A DNA stretch of 38,450 bases from a virus (Duplodnaviria > Heunggongvirae > Uroviricota > Caudoviricetes). The translations under genes and the position numbers were made by a program. Position 1 is the first letter of the stretch. Each line of letters opens with the position of its first letter. This document shows, piece by piece, positions 7,862-16,364 of the stretch. The DNA lies in IMG/VR virus record IMGVR_UViG_2778261515_000019, positions 1-38,450 of that record. One strand, given 5' to 3'. The notes under the pieces were generated by a model. The model made no database searches. It was not told the origin of the DNA and saw only the letters and a program-made list of their open reading frames with translations.

Positions 7862-8464
7862 TTATTTAGAGGATTTACATTTTATCGGAAAAAGTTCTCC
7901 ATCGTCAACGGTCATAAAGAACTCTGCCTTAATCCCGTACTTCTTCAACCGTGAATAGTATGTACCCCGACTTATATCAACCTTGCGAAGCACTTCAAAG
8001 AACCCTTTAGGATCGTTGTAATAGTGGCTATAACGCACGTTAGCGAGTTCAACGAATAGTTCCCTTGTATCACCATAGCCTTTCTTGAAAGCCTCGTTAC
8101 GATAGCGTGTAATTGCGTGATTCAATCTCTTCTGTTTCAACACTTCTCGGATCGGCTTCCACTGCAACCGATAGATAGGACCGTCATCCACTCGATAATA
8201 ACGCTTGATATCAAAATCAAACCAATCTCGGACTCTCTGGAACTCTGTATGTGATGTTCTATGCTTCTTAAAGAAGTTGTGAACGTCTGTATAACCATTA
8301 TCGCGGTAAAATTCTATTAAAATCTCTTTCGCTTCCTCACGACTAAATCCAGATGTTGTGTAGTCGGTTTTTAAATGCTTATGCTTAACTGGTAAACGAT
8401 ATTCATGATCGGTACAAGACAAGGCTAATTCTAATTCATCTCTTTGTTGCTGATTAATTAGCAT
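7862..8464 (-). CDS. DNA-binding protein with C-terminal resolvase/IS-type HTH
   Basis: 200 aa; C-terminal DISRGTYYSRLKKYGI HTH; divergent from terL. Confidence 0.5.
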   Translation of the reverse strand: MLINQQQRDELELALSCTDHEYRLPVKHKHLKTDYTTSGFSREEAKEILIEFYRDNGYTDVHNFFKKHRTSHTEFQRVRDWFDFDIKRYYRVDDGPIYRLQWKPIREVLKQKRLNHAITRYRNEAFKKGYGDTRELFVELANVRYSHYYNDPKGFFEVLRKVDISRGTYYSRLKKYGIKAEFFMTVDDGELFPIKCKSSK

Positions 8465-8549
8465 ACAACCCCCTTTAATTAATACCAGTATTTATCAAAA
8501 TATCAACAATTTAATAAATACCTTCATATTTCGTAATGAGGGTAATTAC

Positions 8550-10454
8550 ATGAAACTGATTTCAAATAAGGCAAAATTAAAAAAGATTCTCAGAAATATC
8601 TCTGCTGCAATTCGCCCACCTAAAGCCATGAAACCTAGCGAATGGGTAGAGGCTAATGTAGTTGCAACCGATGGTGTTAAAGCCGGATCGCTAATTAAAT
8701 TGCATCCCTTCCAACGTGGAATGATGGACGCGATCACCGAAGACCGTAGAAAAATTGTGTTTAAATGTTCGGCGCAGTTGGGTAAGACCATGATTCTTAA
8801 CGGAATTATCTTCCATCGGATCGCGAGTAACCCTACGAATATTGGGGTGTTGCAAAGTAACGTTAGGGAACTAAATTCTTGGATCGCTGGTAAGGTGAAG
8901 CCAGTATTAGAGGCAACCCCAGAATTAAAGGCGATGATCACCGACAAATCAGATCGCAATGCCGTTAACAACTCATCGATTATTCAGCTTCGTAACGGAT
9001 CATTCATGTATTTCATGTCGTTGAATAGTCCGTCACATCTTCGCGGTAAAACACTCCCTTTGATTATTCTTGATGAAGTTGATGCGGCTGATGAGTCAGA
9101 CGAAGGGAACCCGATCCAGCTAGCGGAACAACGCGCAACCACTTTCGGGGAAGATGCAAGGATCGTAATTGCTTCCACTCCAACCGCTCGTGATGGGGCG
9201 ATTAACCAACAATGGGAACTCTCGGATAAGAGAAAATATCATGTCGTTTGTCAGCATTGCGGACACCGACACGTAATGGAATGGAGTAACGTTTATTTCG
9301 ATTGGCATACGATTAACGGTAAGTCATTACCTAACCCAGATACAGCCGTTTACCGCTGTCCTGCATGTGAAACCGACTGGACCGAAGGGGATCGCCTACG
9401 TGCTGTTGCTAAGGGAGAATGGGTCGCCACCGAACCAAATGCGGAAGTAATCGGTTTTCATGCTAACCGCCTTATGTCTCCGTTTAGTTCTATCCGTGCG
9501 TGTGTGGTGGACTTTGCTGATAGCTACGCGAATATGTCCCTGGCAACGTTCTACAATACAGTCCTCGGTGAAACCTTCGATGATCTTAACGAAGACCGCA
9601 CAGCCGACGAATTAGAAACGCTGAAAACTGATATTAGACTAGACAATATTCCTGATGATGTACTGGCTCTGGTTGGTGGAGTTGACCAGCAAAAAGACCG
9701 TCTGGAATCTACCTTGCTGGGTATTTCTCGTAAAGGGCTATGCGTAGTTGATCACCGATCATTCTATGATGTGAACTGCGAACGCCACGAATCGCCAGCA
9801 TATGACCAGCTTTACAACTTCCTGAAAGCTAAATTCTATACCCGATCCGGTGAACGAATCCCGATGTTATCTGCTTTCGTGGACTCATCGAACGGACGAG
9901 CTACAAACGTGATCTATCGATTCTGTAGTCGGTGGCAAAATCTAACCGCCATTAAAGGCGCAAGCAATGTTGATGCACCAATCCTTCCGGTAAAAGACAC
10001 AAGAACGGGTGGTTTTACCCTTAAAATTCTGGGCGTAAACAACCTTAAAACGATGATCCGTGAAATGATTAACCGGAATTTGAGAGATGGCGATCCTCAC
10101 ACTGTCTTCCAGATTGGTGACGTTCCTGATGACTATTGCGAGCAATTGCTTTCTGAACAGTTGAAACGGCAGGGTAATACCACACGTTGGGTAAAAGTTG
10201 GTCAGCAACGAAACGAGGCTCTCGACTGCCTGGCTTATTCCTATGCTGCTTCTCGCCATGTACTCAATAAAATGTCATGGGAAAAACTCGAAGCCATCAA
10301 AGATAGTTTGAACCGTGAACCAGAAGAATCCGTAGAAGCTCCTAAATCGCAATCTGACGAGAAAATAGAAGAAACTAAGCCAATCACACGACCACAACGT
10401 CAAAACATCGCCAGACGCCCAAATAGAGGCCGTGGCTGGGTAACATCGTTCTAA
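8550..10454 (+). CDS. terL: Terminase large subunit, GpA (lambda A) family
   Basis: 634 aa; motifs LHPFQRGMMDAI, ILDEVD, NTVLGETF, IKGAS, RNEALDC align with lambda gpA as recalled; start of long plus-strand morphogenesis operon. Confidence 0.85.
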   Translation: MKLISNKAKLKKILRNISAAIRPPKAMKPSEWVEANVVATDGVKAGSLIKLHPFQRGMMDAITEDRRKIVFKCSAQLGKTMILNGIIFHRIASNPTNIGVLQSNVRELNSWIAGKVKPVLEATPELKAMITDKSDRNAVNNSSIIQLRNGSFMYFMSLNSPSHLRGKTLPLIILDEVDAADESDEGNPIQLAEQRATTFGEDARIVIASTPTARDGAINQQWELSDKRKYHVVCQHCGHRHVMEWSNVYFDWHTINGKSLPNPDTAVYRCPACETDWTEGDRLRAVAKGEWVATEPNAEVIGFHANRLMSPFSSIRACVVDFADSYANMSLATFYNTVLGETFDDLNEDRTADELETLKTDIRLDNIPDDVLALVGGVDQQKDRLESTLLGISRKGLCVVDHRSFYDVNCERHESPAYDQLYNFLKAKFYTRSGERIPMLSAFVDSSNGRATNVIYRFCSRWQNLTAIKGASNVDAPILPVKDTRTGGFTLKILGVNNLKTMIREMINRNLRDGDPHTVFQIGDVPDDYCEQLLSEQLKRQGNTTRWVKVGQQRNEALDCLAYSYAASRHVLNKMSWEKLEAIKDSLNREPEESVEAPKSQSDEKIEETKPITRPQRQNIARRPNRGRGWVTSF

Positions 10455-10526
10455 TAACTCGCCGTCCTTCGGGGCGGCTTACTCCTAAATATTGTTAATC
10501 CAATAACAATTAAATAAGGGGTGATT

Positions 10527-11021
10527 ATGAGTTTAGAACTAATTCCCTTAGTAATTCGTAAAGGCGAAAAAATCACGCTGGCGAATGAAGAGGGTGTAAC
10601 AATTCAGGTAGGAAATAGTAAAGGTATCATTTATCAGGTTGATGATACTCCGGCTAATCACGAGATTAAAACCTTAGATTTTGCCGAGGGTAAATATACC
10701 ATCGTAACCACTTTGGAAGAAGAACTGGTATCAATGCAGGAATTAACTGTATTGCCAGTATTCGCCAAACAATCCAAAAAAGAACATCTGCGGGAGACTA
10801 TCGCCAAAATCGAGCAAGTTATTTTCGCCCGTTTATCTGGGGACGAAGCCGCATTATCTCAAATGACCGTGAAAGGGAATACTTTCGCCTATGAGTCATT
10901 AGGTGTTCTCCAGCAATTAAAGACTGATTATGAACGTCAACTGTCTAAATTAATTCAAGCCGAACGACGTAAACAGGGAATTAGCCCGATTAAAAATATC
11001 AAATTACGTCTTACGCGATAA
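10527..11021 (+). CDS. Head-tail joining or head-completion protein (position-based; gpW position)
   Basis: Between terL and portal; RBS AAGGGGTG before ATG at 10527 (track ORF starts at upstream GTG 10521). Confidence 0.4.
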   Translation: MSLELIPLVIRKGEKITLANEEGVTIQVGNSKGIIYQVDDTPANHEIKTLDFAEGKYTIVTTLEEELVSMQELTVLPVFAKQSKKEHLRETIAKIEQVIFARLSGDEAALSQMTVKGNTFAYESLGVLQQLKTDYERQLSKLIQAERRKQGISPIKNIKLRLTR

Positions 11022-11031
11022 GGGGTAAATC

Positions 11032-12543
11032 ATGTTTAATCTTTTTCGACGCAATAAGGCGGTAGAAACTCCAGTTAAAACTAATCACCGCCAGCAACAA
11101 CAAAAAATCTTTATCGACAAACAAGTAGAAAAATTCCAGAAAGATTTGTCTAAGCGTTCTTTGGGCTTAGTTGGTGATCGCATTGATGGATCGCTTCAAC
11201 AAGATACTATCACAGGAACCTTCAATAAGGCTCTCAAATCGAACGGTAAACGCCTTTATGATCAGGGTCGTACTCTGGCTATAAACAATGCTGTAGGTAA
11301 GCGATACAAGCAGTATATCGTTGACCAAGTTGTTGGTACGGGGCTTGATCCGAAGCCGTCAATCGTTAAATCAAATGGCAAACTTGACACCGCACTGAAT
11401 AAGCAGATCGAGAATGCTTTCTGGAAGTGGGCGCAGAGTGCTAAACGCTTCTCTCGCAACGGTCGCTTTAACTTCCGTGAAATGCTGGCAATGGCAGAAT
11501 CTGAACGTGTTCAGGGTGGAGAATGCTTCATCGTTTTAACCAAAGAAAACAATGAGTTACAAGTTTCTATTCTGTCTGCTGATAGGTGCGACTGGTCGCT
11601 TAGTCGTGAAATAAGCAAAGACCGCGCTATCTATCAGGGGATCGAGTATGACGTAGAAACAATGCGCCCTGTTGCATACTGGTTTAGAAAAATCAATCTA
11701 CTGACTCAGACCTACACTGGCGAAAATTATCGCGTAGATGCTTCGCAAGTGTGTCATTACTATCAGCCCTTGTGCGCCGAGAGTTTGCGCGGCGTGACCG
11801 ACTTCCTACCAGTGATTAAGGATATTGCGCATCAAGAAGCGTTCCGCGAAGCTGTACTGGTCCAGAAACGAATTTCAGCTAGTAGCATGGCGTTCATCGA
11901 GCGTCCGAAAGATTCTGGTGACGATTTTGATACTGGTGAAGATGATGAACAATATCAAGCGCCGGAAGTTATTCACGATTTCGCGCCAGGTACTATTCAG
12001 GAATTACCGGAAGGGGCAACGATCAAGAGTATTCAATCCACGCAAAGCGGCGATGATTTCAATTCCTTTAACGCTGGTATGTTCACTAGCATAGCAATGG
12101 GTCTTGGCGTGTTCAATCAGGGCTTAACTGGTGATACTAGCCAAATCAACTACAGCGCCGCGCGTTTCGGTGAACTACTTCAACGTAACCGTGTTAAATC
12201 GCTACAAAACAAATTGATTGAAACAGTGGTATTGCCAATTTTTGAAGCATATCTACGCCATTATTCCGCGCGTGGTATTGTTCCGATTCGTATTACTGCA
12301 ATCCCGCATATTATCGAGAACACTACTATTATTCGTCCGCGTTTTGAGTCCGTCGATGTTATTAAAGATGTGAACGCTGATATTGCTTTAATTGATAAAG
12401 GACTTAAATCACGTACTGCTGTTATTTTGGAACGTGGCGACGATCCAGAAAAGGTATTTTCAGAGATCAGGTCTGAATCCAGTGCACTAAATATTATCGT
12501 TAATGGCGAGGGTGAAGAAAAAAATTCCCCAGCCGATCCCTAA
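11032..12543 (+). CDS. Portal protein (lambda gpB-like)
   Basis: 503 aa immediately after terL and connector gene; size and position typical of portal. Confidence 0.75.
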   Translation: MFNLFRRNKAVETPVKTNHRQQQQKIFIDKQVEKFQKDLSKRSLGLVGDRIDGSLQQDTITGTFNKALKSNGKRLYDQGRTLAINNAVGKRYKQYIVDQVVGTGLDPKPSIVKSNGKLDTALNKQIENAFWKWAQSAKRFSRNGRFNFREMLAMAESERVQGGECFIVLTKENNELQVSILSADRCDWSLSREISKDRAIYQGIEYDVETMRPVAYWFRKINLLTQTYTGENYRVDASQVCHYYQPLCAESLRGVTDFLPVIKDIAHQEAFREAVLVQKRISASSMAFIERPKDSGDDFDTGEDDEQYQAPEVIHDFAPGTIQELPEGATIKSIQSTQSGDDFNSFNAGMFTSIAMGLGVFNQGLTGDTSQINYSAARFGELLQRNRVKSLQNKLIETVVLPIFEAYLRHYSARGIVPIRITAIPHIIENTTIIRPRFESVDVIKDVNADIALIDKGLKSRTAVILERGDDPEKVFSEIRSESSALNIIVNGEGEEKNSPADP

Positions 12544-12588
12544 TAACCAACGGGGGCGCAATGCCCCCAATTAATTAAAGGTGATTAA

Positions 12589-14598
12589 ATGCTTAAATTT
12601 CGCCGCGATCTTAACGGTTACGGTGGAGTTATTAATGAAGGGCATAACGATCAATACGAATTTGAAATTGCTTTCTCAAGTACACAGCCTTATCAGCGCC
12701 AATTTTGGGATGAGCAAAATCAAGAAATGGTGGTATTAGATGAAATTCTGGTACATACACCGGAAGCGGTTGATCTGTCTCGTCTGAATAATAACGCTCC
12801 GTTGCTGTTCAATCATAATTTCGATAATCACATTGGTGTAGTCTGCGACGCTCGAATCGATGCGGATAACGTAGGCCGTGCTCTGGTTAAATTCTCTAAG
12901 CATGGCACTTTGGCTAATGATATTCGCAATAAAGTCATTGAAGGTACGATGGAAAAAATTTCTGTCGGTTATGACATTAAAGAATATCACATCGACTACA
13001 CCAAAGGGCAATTGATTGTTACTAAGTGGGCGCCTTTTGAAATTTCATTTGTGACGGTTCCCGCAGACGATTCGGTCGGTTTAAATCGCTCTCTAAATAC
13101 TATCACAGTTAATTTGGGGGCTAAACGAGATATGACTAAAGAACAAATCGAAGAAATCAAAGAAGAACAAGAATCAGCTCAGGTTGAAGAAACTCCGGTA
13201 GAAGAAAATAAAGAATCGGAAGTTGAAGAAACTCAAGAGCGCCAAGTTGAAGAGAATAAAGAAGATGAAAATCTCGAAGACGGAAAAGACGCTAAACATC
13301 CTGAAAGTGTTGATGATGATAGTTCAACTGTTCGGGAAACAGAAGAAGTAAAAGAAGAACGTGAAGCCGCTCCGGTTGAAGAAGAAAAAACCGAAGAAGT
13401 GGCTGAACGTTCCGAAGAAGACGAAGAAGAAATCCGAGCAATTGCGCGGGAACTAAATATTGATGACTCTGAATTAGCACGCGCATTGGCAATTAAAGAC
13501 ATGACGCCGGAAGCATTCCGCACTAAGGCACTAAATAATCTCGTCAATGCTCAACGTAATAACGAACAAATTAAGGACTCTAAAATGGAAAAAACTTTTG
13601 ACCTGAACAACGTAATTCGCTCTCTGGTAGATGGTGCTGCTCTGGGTGCTAACGAAGCTGAATATTCCGCTATGGCTGCTGGTGCTGCAATGCAGCGTGG
13701 TCGTGCTGCTCGCGGTGGCTCTGTATTCGTTCCGGCTGCTGCTCTGCGTGCTGCTTCCGAAGGTAACACCAAAGCTACTCTGACCGCTGTAACCGACGAA
13801 AAACTGCTGACTGAATCCTACATCGAAATGCTGCTTCCTGCTTCGTGTCTGGGTCGTCTGGGCGTGACCGTCCTGTCTGGTCTGAATGCTCCGATTGCTG
13901 TACCGAAAATGACTGCTTCCAGCGTTGATGCTTTCGGTTTCGTTGATGAAAACGGTGCTGCACCGGAAAGCAAAGCTGAATTTACAAACGTGAAAATGGC
14001 TCCGAAAACTTTTGCTGGTGGCAACCCGATCAGCCGTCAGTCTCTGAAAACTGTTCCGAATATTGCTACCCTGATCACTGATCACATTAACAAAGCTGTT
14101 CGTATCAAACTGGAACAACTGATTCTGTCTGACAAAGCTAACGAACGTGGTCCGAAAGGTCTGGTTAAGCAACTGGTAGACGCTAACCGCGTTACTAAGA
14201 AAACTGCTTTCTCTTACAAAGACTTCCTGAAAGAAATTGCAGCACTGACCGACGCTGGCGTTCCTGCTCAGGCGATCAAGTTCGCTATGAGTGGTGCAAC
14301 TGCTGCTGAACTGGAATCTACCCCGAAATCCGATCGTGGTGACGCTCAAGGCTTCATTATGGAAAACGGCAAACTGGCTGGTTACGATGTAGTTACTTCT
14401 GGCGTTATTCCGGCAGACCACATCGTTCTGGGTGACTTCTCCGGTATCATGATCGGTGAATGGGGTGGTCTGGAACTGGATATGGACGACACCACTTACC
14501 GCGCACAGTCTGCTATCGTTCCGCGTATCTGGGTAGACCTGGACTTCACCGTAGTTCAGCCGGAAGCTCTGAAAGTTCTGAAAATGGGCGAAGAGTGA
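12589..14598 (+). CDS. Prohead protease - acidic linker - scaffold-like coiled coil - HK97-fold major capsid protein, fused in one 669-aa ORF
   Basis: N-terminus has U35-type prohead protease motifs PLLFNHNFDNHIGVV and ISVGY; residues about 180-300 Glu-rich; C-terminal about 300 aa Ala/Gly-rich with capsid-like LSDKANERGPKGLV; optimal codons. Confidence 0.7.
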   Translation: MLKFRRDLNGYGGVINEGHNDQYEFEIAFSSTQPYQRQFWDEQNQEMVVLDEILVHTPEAVDLSRLNNNAPLLFNHNFDNHIGVVCDARIDADNVGRALVKFSKHGTLANDIRNKVIEGTMEKISVGYDIKEYHIDYTKGQLIVTKWAPFEISFVTVPADDSVGLNRSLNTITVNLGAKRDMTKEQIEEIKEEQESAQVEETPVEENKESEVEETQERQVEENKEDENLEDGKDAKHPESVDDDSSTVRETEEVKEEREAAPVEEEKTEEVAERSEEDEEEIRAIARELNIDDSELARALAIKDMTPEAFRTKALNNLVNAQRNNEQIKDSKMEKTFDLNNVIRSLVDGAALGANEAEYSAMAAGAAMQRGRAARGGSVFVPAAALRAASEGNTKATLTAVTDEKLLTESYIEMLLPASCLGRLGVTVLSGLNAPIAVPKMTASSVDAFGFVDENGAAPESKAEFTNVKMAPKTFAGGNPISRQSLKTVPNIATLITDHINKAVRIKLEQLILSDKANERGPKGLVKQLVDANRVTKKTAFSYKDFLKEIAALTDAGVPAQAIKFAMSGATAAELESTPKSDRGDAQGFIMENGKLAGYDVVTSGVIPADHIVLGDFSGIMIGEWGGLELDMDDTTYRAQSAIVPRIWVDLDFTVVQPEALKVLKMGEE

Positions 14599-14685
14599 AA
14601 TAACGAAGAATTGCCGGAAGAAATTCCGGTAGTTACGGCGAAAGCCACAGCTAAAAAGGTGGGACGTCCACCGAAAGCAAAATAA
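14599..14685 (+). other. In-frame 28-codon extension after the capsid TGA stop (candidate readthrough peptide NNEELPEEIPVVTAKATAKKVGRPPKAK)
   Basis: Frame open from TGA (14596-98) to TAA (14683-85); 24-nt block GTTACGGCGAAAGCCACAGCTAAA identical to the block after the tail-tube gene. Confidence 0.3.
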
Positions 14686-14690
14686 TAATT

Positions 14691-14716
14691 AGCCCTGCCT
14701 AACGGTGGGGCTTTTT
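14691..14716 (+). terminator. Rho-independent terminator (copy 1 of duplicated module)
   Basis: AGCCCTGCC-TAAC-GGTGGGGCT followed by TTTTTTG. Confidence 0.7.
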
Positions 14717-14747
14717 TGTATGTAAATACTCCATAAAGGGGGTAACT

Positions 14748-15038
14748 ATGTTCAAATTATCAGAATCACAATTAAATCGAATGTTTAAAAGTGCTCCTGT
14801 ATTTTCGGTGGAAGGTGGTAAATCAATTCGTGCTTATCATGAAATTACTACTACCGACGAACAAGGGGTAATGACAGAGACAGAATTTCTATTTTGTCGT
14901 GAGGGAGACTTAAAGCAAGGTGATATTGTCATTGTAGAAAATCAGCGTTTCAAAGTTCAATACGTTAAGCGCAATGGTGATAATACTTCTGATTGCTTTA
15001 TTACTCTGGCAGGGGGTACACATGCTCGCTACCGTTAA
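14748..15038 (+). CDS. Head-tail connector/adaptor-position protein
   Basis: RBS AAGGGGGT; 96 aa; position after capsid gene. Confidence 0.45.
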   Translation: MFKLSESQLNRMFKSAPVFSVEGGKSIRAYHEITTTDEQGVMTETEFLFCREGDLKQGDIVIVENQRFKVQYVKRNGDNTSDCFITLAGGTHARYR

Positions 15039-15444
15039 TAATATGCCGAGACTGAAAATCAAACGCGCCTTGCAAGATATTATCGAACAAGATTTAGGTC
15101 TGGCTTTAAACGTAGAACAAACTCAGCAAGGCTTTAGTGATGACGTGGTTTGTTGGATCACTGGAATGAATGAGACTTACACGCGTGTTCGTGGTGGTAA
15201 TGCAATGCAAGCTGAATGCGTTATCGAAATGCAATTATATTCTCAGATTCATGAAACCAAAATTCATGAGGGTATTTGCCAGATAATCCAGATTCAGCCG
15301 GATAACCCACGTTTTAAAGATTTGGGCTTCGCTATTTCAGATATCACTCCAGTAGCTTCTAATACCGATTATGACGATGATTCTAGTGATGGTGGTATCG
15401 TTGGGACACTTAGCCTTAAATTTTCTTATGTAGCGCGTTTTTAA
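15022..15444 (+). CDS. Head closure / tail completion-position protein (start at ATG 15022 overlapping upstream gene by 17 nt)
   Basis: RBS AGGGGGT 5 nt before ATG 15022; track ORF starts further upstream at 14974. Confidence 0.4.
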   Translation: MLATVNNMPRLKIKRALQDIIEQDLGLALNVEQTQQGFSDDVVCWITGMNETYTRVRGGNAMQAECVIEMQLYSQIHETKIHEGICQIIQIQPDNPRFKDLGFAISDITPVASNTDYDDDSSDGGIVGTLSLKFSYVARF

Positions 15445-15453
15445 GGGGTAATA

Positions 15454-16287
15454 ATGAATATTACACAAGATAACTTAGACATTTTCACGGGGTCGCATGT
15501 TGAAGTGTCGATCTCTAACCAGCTAGACAATCAGGTCGACTTTTTCGATCCTAGCTTTAGTTCTATGGAGAACATCGCAGCATTCCCTACGCTAACAGAA
15601 TCCACAGAGATTGAAACTCTGGAAGAGTACGATCAGGACGCTACGGGGAAACTTGCTGGTTATCGTAGACTGGAACCGACAACACTCACATTAAACCGTG
15701 TTCTTGACGATGAACATCAAGCAATGTTGATGAAAGCGGTAGAGGATAAAACACCTTTACGCTTCCGTATGTTCTATGTTGTGAACTCTGGCTATAGTGC
15801 TGCTAACACTGGTTACTATGTCATCTATGACGCTTATGTCACTAGTCACAAAACCCGTGGCGCAGATAACAAAGCTGTAACACTGGAATTTAAACTTGAA
15901 CCAGATGGCGGGATTCTAGCAAGGGGTATAGCGACCGAAGGCCGGATCTTACGTCAGGGTGATTTTGGTTTGGGTGCTGGTGTAAATCCATTCACGGGTC
16001 CGATTGATAGCGAGGCATTAGCAGGAAACCGTTTCGTAACTTACAAGGGAACCGCTAGCGGTAATCCATATTCAACCGACACAGCATTAATTCACCTTCA
16101 AGCTAATGAGCATGGCGCATGGCAATTAACCTGTAATACTTCTGGCGCACCGCGTTTACGTGTCCGAAATATTCAGGAAAACGGTCGTTCTGAATGGATC
16201 AAGGTATATTCCACCAATGAGAAACCGACACCTAGCGAAATTGGCGCAGTGGCTAAGACTGACCGGATCGATTTCGGTGAGTATTAA
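15454..16287 (+). CDS. Tail-tube-fold structural protein (tail terminator or second tube-like protein)
   Basis: Segment TLTLNRVLDDEHQAMLMKAVEDKTPLRFRMFYV parallels DLTLTVNYIPGDSVHEKLIKAAEDGTRVQIKIEYYV of the 20036..20509 protein. Confidence 0.45.
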   Translation: MNITQDNLDIFTGSHVEVSISNQLDNQVDFFDPSFSSMENIAAFPTLTESTEIETLEEYDQDATGKLAGYRRLEPTTLTLNRVLDDEHQAMLMKAVEDKTPLRFRMFYVVNSGYSAANTGYYVIYDAYVTSHKTRGADNKAVTLEFKLEPDGGILARGIATEGRILRQGDFGLGAGVNPFTGPIDSEALAGNRFVTYKGTASGNPYSTDTALIHLQANEHGAWQLTCNTSGAPRLRVRNIQENGRSEWIKVYSTNEKPTPSEIGAVAKTDRIDFGEY

Positions 16288-16364
16288 GATTGCTTACCTA
16301 AATAAAACATGAACGTTGGGAGGTTAACGCCTCCCTTATTCCTGTTTTATAGTGAGGTGATTCG

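Noticed and set aside
8546-8971. 141-aa minus-strand ORF
   Set aside because: Antisense to the 5' part of terL
13233-14421. Several minus-strand ORFs (up to 296 aa)
   Set aside because: All antisense within the capsid polyprotein gene; Ser/Arg-rich products reflect the complement of Glu/Ala-rich coding
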